Source: Acidobacteriota bacterium (GTDB taxonomy: Bacteria > Acidobacteriota > Blastocatellia > RBC074). Taken from it: a DNA stretch of 64,000 bases. The notes beneath the pieces were generated by a model, which had not been told where the DNA came from, did not search any database, and saw only the letters and a list, made by a program, of their open reading frames with translations. Both the position numbers and the translations under genes were made by a program. Location of the stretch: the NCBI GenBank assembly GCA_037439425.1, contig JBBIWA010000021.1, positions 842-64,841 on the forward strand. Reading direction: 5' to 3'. The stretch's first letter is position 1. Each line of letters starts with the position of its first letter. Below, one piece after another: positions 48,047-59,072 of this stretch.

Positions 48047-48428
48047 CTAAATCGAACCAAGTAAGATGGGGGACAGATGCCACGACCTTGCGTCGTGGAG
48101 TTTCACGGTTGCTGCTACCGCGGAGTTTCACGGTTGCTGCTACCGTGCTCTTGAGATGCCACGACCTTGCGTCGTGGAGTTTCACGCTGGCTGCTCAGTA
48201 GCTGCCAGCGTGAAACTCCACAAGACTTGTGGCCTCTGAAGGGAAGCAGCAGTCGTTGTAGCCGCGAGCGTGAAACTCCACGAAACAAGCTCATTGGTAT
48301 GGAGGTTGGACTTGAACCAGCCCCTGATGGCCATCTGGGATATTTCAGAATCAGATTTGCGTAGACGCTAATGAGACAAGCTCGTGGCATCTCAAGACGG
48401 TCTCCTGATGTTTGTTGGTTCGATTTAG
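48047..48428. repeat. 382-bp nested-palindrome element with multiple GGAGTTTCACG units
   Basis: There are three perfect long-range complements. The 14-bp pair is 48047-48060 with 48415-48428. The 15-bp pair is 48150-48164 with 48382-48396. The 18-bp hairpin pairs 48174-48191 with 48204-48221. A 31-nt direct repeat occurs at 48076 and 48155. A 24-nt tandem duplication spans 48098-48145. Confidence 0.85.
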
Positions 48429-48446
48429 TTTTGACTCGCCATCACG

Positions 48447-49904
<1,458 letters not shown>

Positions 49905-50043
49905 GCAATCAGAGAACTGCTGGCTGCTTAGCGAAACCTATTCTCTCGTTGAGAGAGTCCGGTGGCGAACTGAGAATTCGCCAGATAAGTTTCAGAGCCA
50001 GCAGCCCGGAGAGGCAGCCTGGCGGACTGATCGCTTGGTGAGG

Positions 50044-50748
50044 CTAGATTTTATCCACCACCACTGTGCCCTTGGGAACAGCTACATTGAAAGCCCCATC
50101 CGCTATCTTGGCGTTGAGCTCCAGATTGGTGAACTGGACTATTGTATAGTCCCCATTCTGCTCGACAAATTTGTGCTTCACAGGCAACCAGGTGCTGTGG
50201 CTAACCCAAAGGTCAATGCTCACAATAGCGCCGCCATTTTTCGGCACCAGGTGCAATTGGGTGGTCTTTTCCCCATTGACCATCTCTTCTTTGACAAATT
50301 CGATGTGGTAGTTGCCAGCTTGCGCCTTGAGTGAGCCGTCCAGCCCGATCAGTTGCGAAAATCCACTGACACGCCCTTTTGCCGCCTGGGCAAGGGTGGT
50401 TTTGATCACTTGATTGATGCGCGGCTGATAGAAGGTGAATTTATCTCCCACGATTGACACGATCCGCACATCAGGACGGGTGTAATCAATCCGCAACCGC
50501 CCCTTGCCTTTCGCATCGGGTTTGTAGATCAAAGTGCCGTAATCGGTGTCGGTGATTCCGATCTGGACATTAGTTTTTTGCTGGATGATGGTTGTCCGCA
50601 GGCTCTTCAGGTTGCGGTGAGCCAGCTCCATTTTGTTCAAAATGGAGCTGAGCAGCTGCGGACTCGGAGTGCCTTCCACAGGCCAGTGCGCTCCACTGAG
50701 GGAAACAAATATCCCCAACGCGAGAGCGATAGTTATTAACTTTCTCAT
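50044..50748 (-). CDS. LolA-like / outer-membrane lipoprotein-sorting-fold periplasmic protein
   Basis: The signal peptide is MRKLITIALALGIFVSLSGA. The ~230-aa beta-rich sequence has the layout typical of LolA-like proteins. The track start at 51009 is rejected because it overlaps the upstream gene. Confidence 0.55.
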   Translation of the reverse strand: MRKLITIALALGIFVSLSGAHWPVEGTPSPQLLSSILNKMELAHRNLKSLRTTIIQQKTNVQIGITDTDYGTLIYKPDAKGKGRLRIDYTRPDVRIVSIVGDKFTFYQPRINQVIKTTLAQAAKGRVSGFSQLIGLDGSLKAQAGNYHIEFVKEEMVNGEKTTQLHLVPKNGGAIVSIDLWVSHSTWLPVKHKFVEQNGDYTIVQFTNLELNAKIADGAFNVAVPKGTVVVDKI

Positions 50749-50809
50749 TCCGAAACTCTCTCCTTCTCTCAATAGTGTTAACGACTGGCAATCATAATCG
50801 CGTCTAGAC

Positions 50810-51244
50810 TCACCGGAACCAGACGCGGTAACCGATGGGCTGGCCTTGCGCATCACGTTGAGGCTCGAAACGCTCAATTCTCGCCTCGCGTCCGAGGTGG
50901 TCGCGCAGGTAACGGGCGAGCAGTGTTTCCAGATTATCCAGATCACTCGGCCCGGTCGCTGCTTCACTGCCGCTGGAGCGGTAAGCGCCAAGCTCCTCGA
51001 GCTTAACATCCCATCGGATCGGATCGCTTGCTTGAGATGCCGCCTTGAGGGATTGATTTGCCTGACTCACATCCTGGGCGGCTGGCGGCGCTGGGGCAGG
51101 GAGGCGGTCATGATCACTGAAGAGGCTGTTCGGCAGCAAAAAGACGGCAAGGATGATCAGGAGGCAAAGCAGATCATATTGCCAACTGCCTCGCTCATAG
51201 GACCAGAGGAGGACATTTTTAATACCGATCAGTAGCGTCTTCAT
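50810..51244 (-). CDS. Hypothetical membrane-anchored protein
   Basis: One TM segment is present (YDLLCLLIILAVFLLP). It lies in the operon between the ABC ATPase and the LolA-like gene. Confidence 0.5.
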   Translation of the reverse strand: MKTLLIGIKNVLLWSYERGSWQYDLLCLLIILAVFLLPNSLFSDHDRLPAPAPPAAQDVSQANQSLKAASQASDPIRWDVKLEELGAYRSSGSEAATGPSDLDNLETLLARYLRDHLGREARIERFEPQRDAQGQPIGYRVWFR

Positions 51245-51290
51245 TGGTCGTCTCTCTCAGGCAACCGCGCTCCCATTGGCCGCCCCCTCA

Positions 51291-52001
51291 CTAACTTTCG
51301 ATGATCCGGCCATCACGCATCTCAATGATGCGTTCAGTGACGGCAGCGGCTTCGGGGTTATGTGTGATCATCACAATCGTTTGGCGAAACTGTTTATTGA
51401 GCTCGGCCAGCATCTGCAAAACCAGGGCGGAATTTTCCGAATCGAGATTGCCGGTTGGCTCGTCGGCCAGAATGATCGCTGGACGATTGATGACCGCACG
51501 CGCGATTGCGACCCGTTGCTGTTCGCCGCCCGAAAGTTCGAGCGGTTTATGGCGCATTTTATTTTCCAGACGCAATAACTTCAAGACCTCACGGCGGGTT
51601 TCGGCATCCGTCTGGCGTCGATTATTTCCGTGAATGTGCTCGGCCAGGCGCAAATTACCCTCTGCCGTCAGCGTCGGAAAGAGGTTGAAGCGCTGGAAGA
51701 CAAAGCCGATCTTGCGCCGCCGGATCTCGGTTCGGGCTGCGTCACTGACCGCTGTGAGGTCTTCACCATCAACGATCACGCGACCGGAGGTCGGCTTGAG
51801 CAAGCCGCCCAGAATATGCAGCAGTGTAGACTTGCCGCAGCCAGATGGCCCCATAATCGCTACAAACTCGCCCGGAGCGACACTCAAATTGACGCCCCGC
51901 AGCGCTGGCACATCGACCTTGCCTACACGGTAGGTCATCGTCAGATTTTCAGTCTTTAAGATCGGCTCCATTAGAGTTTCGGGTCTCGAGTGATCAACCA
52001 C
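51291..52001 (-). CDS. ABC transporter ATP-binding protein (LolD/MacB/FtsE-like)
   Basis: Walker A is [12 protein letters not shown]. The signature is [14 protein letters not shown]. Walker B is [11 protein letters not shown]. Confidence 0.9.
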   Translation of the reverse strand: MVDHSRPETLMEPILKTENLTMTYRVGKVDVPALRGVNLSVAPGEFVAIMGPSGCGKSTLLHILGGLLKPTSGRVIVDGEDLTAVSDAARTEIRRRKIGFVFQRFNLFPTLTAEGNLRLAEHIHGNNRRQTDAETRREVLKLLRLENKMRHKPLELSGGEQQRVAIARAVINRPAIILADEPTGNLDSENSALVLQMLAELNKQFRQTIVMITHNPEAAAVTERIIEMRDGRIIES

Positions 52002-52015
52002 AAATTGCTCTCTCT

Positions 52016-53137
52016 CTATTCATAGGCCAGTGCTTTTACCGGATCCTGATTGGCTGCGCGCACCGCCGGGTAGAGCGCCCCGATGAGACCAGCCGCCAGC
52101 CCAATCAGCGTGGCCACCACCACCCATAGCCAGCGAAATTCTAGTTTGAGGATGGTGGAACGTTCAATCCCCCAACCAGCGACCACCGAGGCCACTAGCC
52201 CCACTACCACTCCAATCGAGCTAATGATCAAAGCCTCCTTCTCAATCACGCCGATAATGTAAGACTTTGAAGCGCCTAGAGATTTGAGAATTCCGATCTC
52301 GCGCGTGCGCTCAGTGATGGTCGTGTACATGGCCAGCAAAATCACCAGTGTACTGACCACGGTGGAAAGCGCCAGCACAGCATTGACAAATCCGGCCAGC
52401 CCTGGGATAGAGCGCTCAAACCCGGTGGCGATCTCGCGCGTCAGTTGCACCGTGTTATGGGGCAAAGCCGCATTGATGCGCTGCTGCACTTCGAGCTGTT
52501 GCTCCGGGTCTTCACACTTGATCATTATAAAGGTGCATTTATCGGGCGCGCCCTGCGCTCGCTGCATGGCCTGAAGCGACATCTTGATCCGCGCGCCGGA
52601 TTCGGGCCGGTAGATGCCCACCACTTTCATCTTGCGCCCGAAGACTTGAATCTCACTGCCCACTCTGGCCTGGCTCTTTTCCGCCTTCAGCTCATCCACG
52701 ATCACCTCATCATCGTTCTGAAAGACGCGCCCCTCAACAATACGCAGGCCGCTGATGGCCGCATAAGTGTCGAACTCGATCCCATCTATCTGCTCGATCC
52801 CGATGCCAGAACTGCCCGATTGGACGTAACGGGCGACTGGACTGACCAGGCGCACGCCGGGGATCTGCCGCAGCAGCTCGGCATAACGGACGTGCAGCGA
52901 GAGTACGGAGGAAGGACTCAAATTGCTGCTCGAGCTGCGCCAGAAGAGGAGCTCGGCTCCCAAGCTCTGCTCGCGCCGCATCCGGTCACTCATGATGCCG
53001 TGCACCAGTCCGGTGTTGAGAACCACCAGCAGCACTCCCAGGGCGATCCCTGCAATGCTAACCAGGGCGCGCGTCGGGCGCTGGCAAATGTTGGACATTA
53101 CCAGGTTATCTCTCATCATTGCCTTCAGGCTGGCCAT
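52016..53137 (-). CDS. ABC transporter permease, FtsX/MacB-type (LolC/E-like)
   Basis: The N-terminal TM is followed by a periplasmic domain and a C-terminal FtsX domain (..[20 protein letters not shown]..). Confidence 0.85.
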   Translation of the reverse strand: MASLKAMMRDNLVMSNICQRPTRALVSIAGIALGVLLVVLNTGLVHGIMSDRMRREQSLGAELLFWRSSSSNLSPSSVLSLHVRYAELLRQIPGVRLVSPVARYVQSGSSGIGIEQIDGIEFDTYAAISGLRIVEGRVFQNDDEVIVDELKAEKSQARVGSEIQVFGRKMKVVGIYRPESGARIKMSLQAMQRAQGAPDKCTFIMIKCEDPEQQLEVQQRINAALPHNTVQLTREIATGFERSIPGLAGFVNAVLALSTVVSTLVILLAMYTTITERTREIGILKSLGASKSYIIGVIEKEALIISSIGVVVGLVASVVAGWGIERSTILKLEFRWLWVVVATLIGLAAGLIGALYPAVRAANQDPVKALAYE

Positions 53138-53147
53138 CCTCCGCTTC

Positions 53148-54173
53148 CTATCTCCCCTTCATTACAGCTTCAGGTTTGTCCAGGTCTGTTTCTAGCAGCC
53201 CTTCTTTATTCTCCAGCACGAAGGCGCTGGCAGGCAGCTCCGGATCTACCTCAAATTTTCCTTCGGTGAAAGTCATCCGGGCAGAATAACGATCATATGG
53301 GCGCGTTACGATAATCACGCCTGGCCACCACTGGGAGCTTCCAGCCAGCAGCCTCCGGTAATTTGAGTAATGCACCTCGGTAGAGAGGATCCCGCGATTA
53401 TCGAAGATCTGTTGGCGAGCCAATCGCGCTTGATCTGTACGGTCAAACCAGAAGCGTCGCCGCACCCGTGCCGGTTGAGAATTCTCCGGAGAGACTTCAA
53501 GCTCCGAGATGACATAGAAGCTGCGCAACAGGCGGGCCTGGCGCTTCGCCCCAGGACGCAGGTCGGCTTCTTCTACGATCGCTTCCTCGAGGCCATAAAT
53601 AAAGCCTGGCTCGCCCACATGCAGCGGGCGCACCAGGAGCGCTTCGGTGAAATGAAAAGGCCGTGCCGCAACCAGGGCGCTTCGTCCCTCCTGTCCTAGC
53701 TTTTCGCGCCAGTGGCTGTAATCGGCATTGTTGGTGCCAATCAAAAAGCGCCGGTAGTCACGGTAGTAGATCGCCACCTTGAAGCGATTGGCTTCAGAGA
53801 CCATCTCCGTGATCCTGGTGCCGGTCACCGGAGCTTGGACGACCAGGCGGATCTTGTCCGGCCGTTGCAACACTAAGATCCCATCGGCATCGTAGTACTT
53901 CTTGGCCGACTCCGCATCCACAAACTGAATGAGCAGGCGCGAAGAGCGCAGCGCCTGGAGCTTAATAAAGGGTTGCAATTGCTCCACCAGACTCTTGAAG
54001 TCGGTCTCAACCAGTGGCGTGACTAGCTTGGGAATAGACTGATCACTGACCCTGGCTAAATTGGCGCAGGCGGTGGTAAGCCCGATGAGCGTGGAGAGAA
54101 TGGTCAATGAGATGGCGCCGAGTACTGAATGAGTCCGCTTTTCCTGATAGCTTGGAGGCTTTGCCGAAGTCAT
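53148..54173 (-). CDS. Hypothetical exported or lipoprotein-like protein (possible LolB/DUF4292-like)
   Basis: It has an N-terminal anchor with ..LTTAC.. and is beta-rich. It is the first gene of the ABC operon. The family assignment is only a guess. Confidence 0.45.
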   Translation of the reverse strand: MTSAKPPSYQEKRTHSVLGAISLTILSTLIGLTTACANLARVSDQSIPKLVTPLVETDFKSLVEQLQPFIKLQALRSSRLLIQFVDAESAKKYYDADGILVLQRPDKIRLVVQAPVTGTRITEMVSEANRFKVAIYYRDYRRFLIGTNNADYSHWREKLGQEGRSALVAARPFHFTEALLVRPLHVGEPGFIYGLEEAIVEEADLRPGAKRQARLLRSFYVISELEVSPENSQPARVRRRFWFDRTDQARLARQQIFDNRGILSTEVHYSNYRRLLAGSSQWWPGVIIVTRPYDRYSARMTFTEGKFEVDPELPASAFVLENKEGLLETDLDKPEAVMKGR

Positions 54174-54348
54174 AGAGTTATTAGTAACTCCACAAGTGAT
54201 AGCGTAGAAAGAGTCAAGCTAACAGAACCCTCCTGCCTTGTCAAACTGGACGACAAGCTGCGCTGCGGGCGCGATTGAAGTGAGAGTCGGTGAAGAGGAT
54301 GGTGAGTGATCACCACGCGCGTAGCGTGCAGCAGCTCCTTTTTCGGTA

Positions 54349-55653
54349 CTACGCTGCTGCTGGCTCAAGGCGATCTGCCCGCCACATAAACCAGAGCAAA
54401 CCGAGCACCGCTAGCGAATGTATGAAGATTAACAGTCCGGCAGCGAAGGGTACAGTAGGTTCTGCTTCTGCCAGAGAGCTCTCGGTGGCAAACAGAAGTA
54501 TTACTCTAGTGAGCGCATTGCTGGGAACCGACAGTAACACCCCAATAGCGACGGCCAGGAAAGTCTCTCTGCGTGGCAGTTTGAGCCTAATCAGGTGACG
54601 GGCCGCTACCACTCCGGGAATAGTAGCCAGCACCAGGTAGTGGATCCAAGTTATCGGGTTAACCAGTATGCTCACACAAACCAGGATCGCCAGTGAGATG
54701 TCAAGACTCCGAGCGCAACTGGCCAGCCACAATCCCATCACCAACAAAGCTAACGGCAAAGCATAAGAGACCACTTGAGCCAGCACCGGGGCCGGCCACA
54801 GCGGGGGTGACTGTATCCCCTCAAGAACTGGTGATCCGGTGCCAGAGAAGACTTTCCAACCCACACTCCAGGCCGAGAAATTGTAGAAATGAGCCCGGTA
54901 CAGCGGCACCACTGCGCCGCTAACCTCCAGGTAATAGTGAGCTACTGCGCCGAAACCCATCAGCACAGCGGCCAGGAGATTGGCCAGTAGCGTCGTTGCT
55001 ACTGCTGCAGTGACCACACGCCAGTTTCTGCGCAGCGCGAAGAAGAGCAAAATGGGCCAGGCGATTAATTTCAAAGCGATCACGCAGCCAAGCCATAGGC
55101 CACCCACTATAGCTCTCTCTAAACGTAGGGCTTGCCAGGCCAGAATCAGCAGCAGCAGCAGAGGCAGCATCAACTGCCCCACTGCCATCTCCATCCAGAG
55201 AGGAGGCCAGGCCAGAGCCAGCAGTGAAATCAGCATCGTCAGCCGCCAGCCCGGTCGCTGCTTCCACCAGTGCAGAAGCATATAAACCGACGCAAAGAGA
55301 CAACTCAGTTCACAAAGGAGCCAAACAACAGCTGCTTGTTCGTAGGGGAGCAGTCCCAGAGGCAAGCTGAGCAAAGCAACCGGGGGCGGATGCGGCGTTG
55401 GGTGCAAGAAGACCTTATCTGTCAGCGCTCCGTCAAGCCGCAAAGCCAATTCCGGCAATGGCAAGTACGGATCAACCCCATTCAAGACAGCTTTGGCAAG
55501 CAGATAGTCCTGGAGTAAATCCTTGCGATAAACGTATTCGGGTTGCAGAGCCTGGAGGATCAATTTTAGACCGACCAGCGCCTGAAGAGATGTTATGACT
55601 ATAAGCGCCCACTTGATTTTCCTTGAAGAGATTATGCCCCCACAAACGCTCAC
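54349..55653 (-). CDS. Polytopic membrane glycosyltransferase-like protein (GT87/DUF2029-like)
   Basis: It has ~10 TM segments. The N-terminal loop reads ..KDLLQDYLLAKAVLNGVDPYLPL... The GTG at 55653 overlaps the upstream stop (GTGA), so the track start at 55776 is rejected. Confidence 0.6.
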   Translation of the reverse strand: MSVCGGIISSRKIKWALIVITSLQALVGLKLILQALQPEYVYRKDLLQDYLLAKAVLNGVDPYLPLPELALRLDGALTDKVFLHPTPHPPPVALLSLPLGLLPYEQAAVVWLLCELSCLFASVYMLLHWWKQRPGWRLTMLISLLALAWPPLWMEMAVGQLMLPLLLLLILAWQALRLERAIVGGLWLGCVIALKLIAWPILLFFALRRNWRVVTAAVATTLLANLLAAVLMGFGAVAHYYLEVSGAVVPLYRAHFYNFSAWSVGWKVFSGTGSPVLEGIQSPPLWPAPVLAQVVSYALPLALLVMGLWLASCARSLDISLAILVCVSILVNPITWIHYLVLATIPGVVAARHLIRLKLPRRETFLAVAIGVLLSVPSNALTRVILLFATESSLAEAEPTVPFAAGLLIFIHSLAVLGLLWFMWRADRLEPAAA

Positions 55654-57491
55654 GAAGTTAATTCTCCATTTGCAGCTCTCAACACCTGGCAATTGAGACG
55701 GGCCTGGGAAAAGCCTTTCCAGAGCTCCAAGCCAATTACCAGCAAGCAGGTCAGGCCTGAAATTACACGCGCCCACCGCTCGACTGGACTTACGATCTCG
55801 AAATCAAGCGTGAGTGTATGGCTCCCGGCGGGCACCTCAACCAGGATCAATCCGCTGCCTGGCTCAGCTTCCGCTTTCACGATGCGACCATCAAGCCGAA
55901 CTACCCAGTTGGGATAGTTGTACGTGTCAATGCGCACGCGAATTGGTTCCTCATTCTCGAACTGAAATGCGCGATGCGAGTTCATCAAGCTTTGCGCCAC
56001 CACTCGCCCTCGACCACTTAAGATCGAGAGGCTGCCGATTTGAGCTACCGGCGGGTGTAGCTCGCGTTCGGCCCCGCGCGGCCGGAAGTAGATCTGGTTA
56101 GCCGAGATGGCCAGCGATCTGAAGTCCTTATCCTCGCTCAGCGCGCGGAATTGTTCCCTGCTGAGCGATGCCACCTGATTATTTAGCAATAGGCGCAGGC
56201 TAGCCTGGCGCTCGGGTCGCCCTCCCCTGGGGCGCACCACCATAAAAGTAAGGACAAGGTTGCCCAAAACCAGCCAGGTCAGCAGGGCCGCCAGCACCGT
56301 CTTGCTGCGGCGACCGAGTTGGGGCCATTGCTCGTAAGCCGCCGCCGCCAGCATCGCAATCCCTAAAGCCACGAAGGCCTGGAAGCGCCACGGAAACTGT
56401 ATAAACTCCATCCCCGGCACGAAGCACCAGAGCGCATCAGATAAAGGCAGCGAGATGAACAATCCTACCAGGCTCACTGCCAGGCTGAAGCGTAGCAGTT
56501 CAGCAGCAGCCGAACGGCGTAAGGCCTGCCAGCAGACCACTCCAATTGTGAGCGCCAGCGCAGTCTGCATCAAAGTAATCAAACTCGCCACGTAGTTGAT
56601 GCCAGCCCACGCCTGACGGTAGTGGCTCTCGTCGGCAGCCGCAGCGAAAAGAAAATAGTGCCGATAGTTATGCGGCAGCTCTTCTCCTATCGGCACCCAC
56701 CGCATCTCCACAAGCTGCGGAACCCAGAAGAAAGCCGTGAGGGCTAGTGCAAGCAACGTGCTCCCAACCAGACGCCGCAGAGGGCGCCAGCCAGCTTGCG
56801 GAAGATAACATAGTCCCATCAAGGCCAGGGCGGCGACGCACAGATAAGTCGTAATCGCGTGCGTCAAAATGATGGCGCTCAGCCCCAGGGTGTAGAAGAC
56901 AAGCCCGCGCCTGCGTTGCTCTCCCCTGAGTAAAAGGTGGCTCCCCAGCAAGGCGAGCGGTAACAGACTAACTGCAAATGCGTTGGGCAAAAAGGCGCGG
57001 TTCAAAGCAAGCAACGGATAGGCGGGTAAGACCACATAAAGGACGGAAGCCAGCAGGCTCGCACTGCGACCCCAGAAGACGCGCGCCAGAAGGTAAGTGT
57101 TGGCCTGAGCCAGGATCAGACTCAAGAAAGTGACGCTCCCTAGCGCCGCAAGCACGCTGACTCTGAAAAACGCTACCAGCCCACTGCCAGGCCAGTAGTA
57201 AAGCGGTCCATAAAAGGTAAAGACCGCGTCACCACGACCGCCGTCGAGCAATCCGGCCCAGCGTGGCAGCCACTGGCCTTCAGTTAGATTGCGCGCGAAG
57301 GCTCTCGTCAATTGGTAATGCAAAGGAACATCACCCTGCACCGCGAAGCCGGGATCGCTCAGATGGCCGTACCCCAAAACGCCAGCCACCCCAAGCCAGA
57401 GAAGAAGAGAGATAATTGCCCGGTGCTTCGATCGCCAGCTAGCAGTAGAATCAACAGAGTTCGACTCAGGGCTATTCATCTTAACCGGCAA
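55650..57491 (-). CDS. Large polytopic membrane protein, GT-C / PTPS-related (COG5617-like)
   Basis: It is 613 aa. The N-terminal loop reads ..DVPLHYQLTRAFARNLTEGQWLPRWAGLLDGGRGDAVFTFYGPLYYW... It has ~12 TM segments and a C-terminal soluble beta-rich domain. Confidence 0.6.
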   Translation of the reverse strand: MPVKMNSPESNSVDSTASWRSKHRAIISLLLWLGVAGVLGYGHLSDPGFAVQGDVPLHYQLTRAFARNLTEGQWLPRWAGLLDGGRGDAVFTFYGPLYYWPGSGLVAFFRVSVLAALGSVTFLSLILAQANTYLLARVFWGRSASLLASVLYVVLPAYPLLALNRAFLPNAFAVSLLPLALLGSHLLLRGEQRRRGLVFYTLGLSAIILTHAITTYLCVAALALMGLCYLPQAGWRPLRRLVGSTLLALALTAFFWVPQLVEMRWVPIGEELPHNYRHYFLFAAAADESHYRQAWAGINYVASLITLMQTALALTIGVVCWQALRRSAAAELLRFSLAVSLVGLFISLPLSDALWCFVPGMEFIQFPWRFQAFVALGIAMLAAAAYEQWPQLGRRSKTVLAALLTWLVLGNLVLTFMVVRPRGGRPERQASLRLLLNNQVASLSREQFRALSEDKDFRSLAISANQIYFRPRGAERELHPPVAQIGSLSILSGRGRVVAQSLMNSHRAFQFENEEPIRVRIDTYNYPNWVVRLDGRIVKAEAEPGSGLILVEVPAGSHTLTLDFEIVSPVERWARVISGLTCLLVIGLELWKGFSQARLNCQVLRAANGELTS

Positions 57492-57521
57492 AATCCAGCC
57501 TCTATCTGCGCACCTGCTTCT

Positions 57522-57582
57522 GGTGTCTGCCGTCCCAGACGTTTCACCTCTGGCTACCTTCTCTCGGCCACGTGCGCGGCCA
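57522..57582 (-). repeat. 61-nt conserved segment (copy F), related to 1414-1474
   Basis: It is ~82% identical to 1414-1474 in the same orientation. On the minus strand it contains hairpin CCAGA-GGTGAAACG-TCTGG and ends 31 nt upstream of the ATG at 57491. Confidence 0.7.
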
Positions 57583-58440
57583 ATCCCTAAACTTCAACCC
57601 TTCGTTCCAATCGCCCCACATCTGACTCTCTTCTCCTGGCCTTGTGTAGGACCGCTCGAGCCGATGAGCAAGCAGGCTGCCTGCGCCAGGCGGCGAAAAT
57701 CCGCCAGGTTCTCCACGGCGCGAAGTTCGGGCAGGTCGCGTTCGAGATAGGTCTGCAGATAGCTGGAGAACCATAGCGCGCGCTCGTCGGGGACCGAAAG
57801 CTCGTGCGCAGGCACAGGAAAGCCGCCGCGGCGCACAGTCGGTCGGCGGGCGTTGGGTGCTCTCAAGCCGGTCGCGCCACTCCGTCGCGCGAAGGGTAAG
57901 CAACTCACTCCAGATTCCCGTACTCCCGGTTCCCGCAAGTTCCCCTGTGGTCATAGGCCAAAGCGTCACGTAGGCCGCACGTCCCGCCAGGGTCTCGCCG
58001 ATTTTTCGCAGCATGAGCAGGTTCACCGATCCCGTTAGCACGAAGCGCCCCGGTCGGCGGGGCCGATCGCGATCCACGGCGCGCTTGATGGCGATGAGCG
58101 GGTCCCCGGCGCGCTGCACCTCATCAAGCACCGGCATCGGCGCGCGCAAGACCAGCGCCTCGGGGTCGGCCGCGGCCTGAAGCCGAATCTCCAGGTCGTC
58201 GAGCGTGAAGTAGGCCCGGGTGGCCAGCTCGGGATGCGTGCGAACGAGCGTGGTTTTGCCGGTCTGGCGCGCGCCCAGCAGCACCACCACTGGCATCACC
58301 CGCAGGGCCGCCTCGAGCGCGCGGGCAGCAGCGCGGGGAAGCACCGTCAAATCGTGGCCCGTTTCCATGCGAGTATGATAATCATACTTATCAAGTAGCA
58401 TCAACTCGCACCCCATTTCCCGGCTGCTTTCGGTCATCAC
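57544..58440 (-). pseudogene. AAA-family ATPase (COG1373 / DUF4143-type), frameshifted and 3'-truncated
   Basis: The P-loop is VVLLGARQTGKTTLV. The expected downstream motif ..YLQTYLERDLPELRAVENLADFRRL.. appears in a different frame (ORF 57594..57938). The DUF4143 region is missing. GC is visibly higher than in flanking DNA. Confidence 0.7.
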
Positions 58441-58808
58441 GGCTCCCCCAGATCTTCAATGTCATCTGTGTTGAGCTCAGGGCCGGCAAACAACCGATCG
58501 GGGGCCGATACAGCGAAACGTCGCCTGTTGCAGGCTGATGCTAAATGGCTTTCTCGTGCAAGCCAGCCAAACCCTCCGAGAACACCTGCGGCCTGCTCAA
58601 GCACCTTTTGCGTTGCCTTCTCCTGCTTGTCGGGCGGATAATCGCGCTTACGTAGGATATGCTTGACCGTGACGCGCAGCTTTGCCCGTACGCCCTCGCG
58701 CATCATCCGGTCAATGCTCACATGGTTGTGCACAGTCTGGACTAAGTACCGTGCGCCATAAATCCTCCGCCAGTTAGCATGAAATCTAACTGATCGCAAA
58801 ATCTGCAT
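58437..58808 (-). pseudogene. C-terminal fragment of a type I restriction enzyme R subunit (HsdR, DUF3387-like)
   Basis: The sequence ..[37 protein letters not shown].. (about 58581-58733) matches the conserved HsdR C-terminal tail. No helicase or nuclease part lies upstream. Confidence 0.6.
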
Positions 58809-58866
58809 TTCTGTCTAAAGACAACTGGCGGCGTAATTGCGGCACACGGTACTTAGTAATGGCTTG

Positions 58867-59066
58867 CTTAACGAAGATGGGCACGCAAGGATGCGTGCGC
58901 TCCCAGGGATTTTGAGCCTGGGTACGCACGCTTCTAGCGTGCTCAGTATCCGGTAACGACCTACTTAACGAAGGCAGGCACGCAAGGATGCGTGCGCTCC
59001 CAGGGATTTTCCGCAGAAGATGGGCACGCAAGGATGCGTGCGCTCCCGGGTATTTTCCGCAGGAGG
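58867..59066 (+). repeat. Copy D: three tandem hairpin units of the palindromic repeat family
   Basis: GGCACGCAAGGATGCGTGCGCTCCC(A/G)GG(G/T)ATTTT occurs three times (58880, 58977, 59023). Hairpin GCACGCTTCTAGCGTGC lies at 58925-58941. The last unit runs into the AGGAGG SD of the crotonase gene. Confidence 0.85.
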
Positions 59067-59072
59067 CTTCAG

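Noticed and set aside
48047-48428. Possible CRISPR array, because of repeated GTTTCAC.../...GTGAAAC units.
   Set aside because: The units are directly adjacent (24-nt tandem) or inverted relative to each other. There is no regular repeat-spacer periodicity, and no cas genes are in the window.
52445-53269. 274-aa plus-strand ORF.
   Set aside because: It is antisense to the FtsX permease and the next gene, and no motifs are present.
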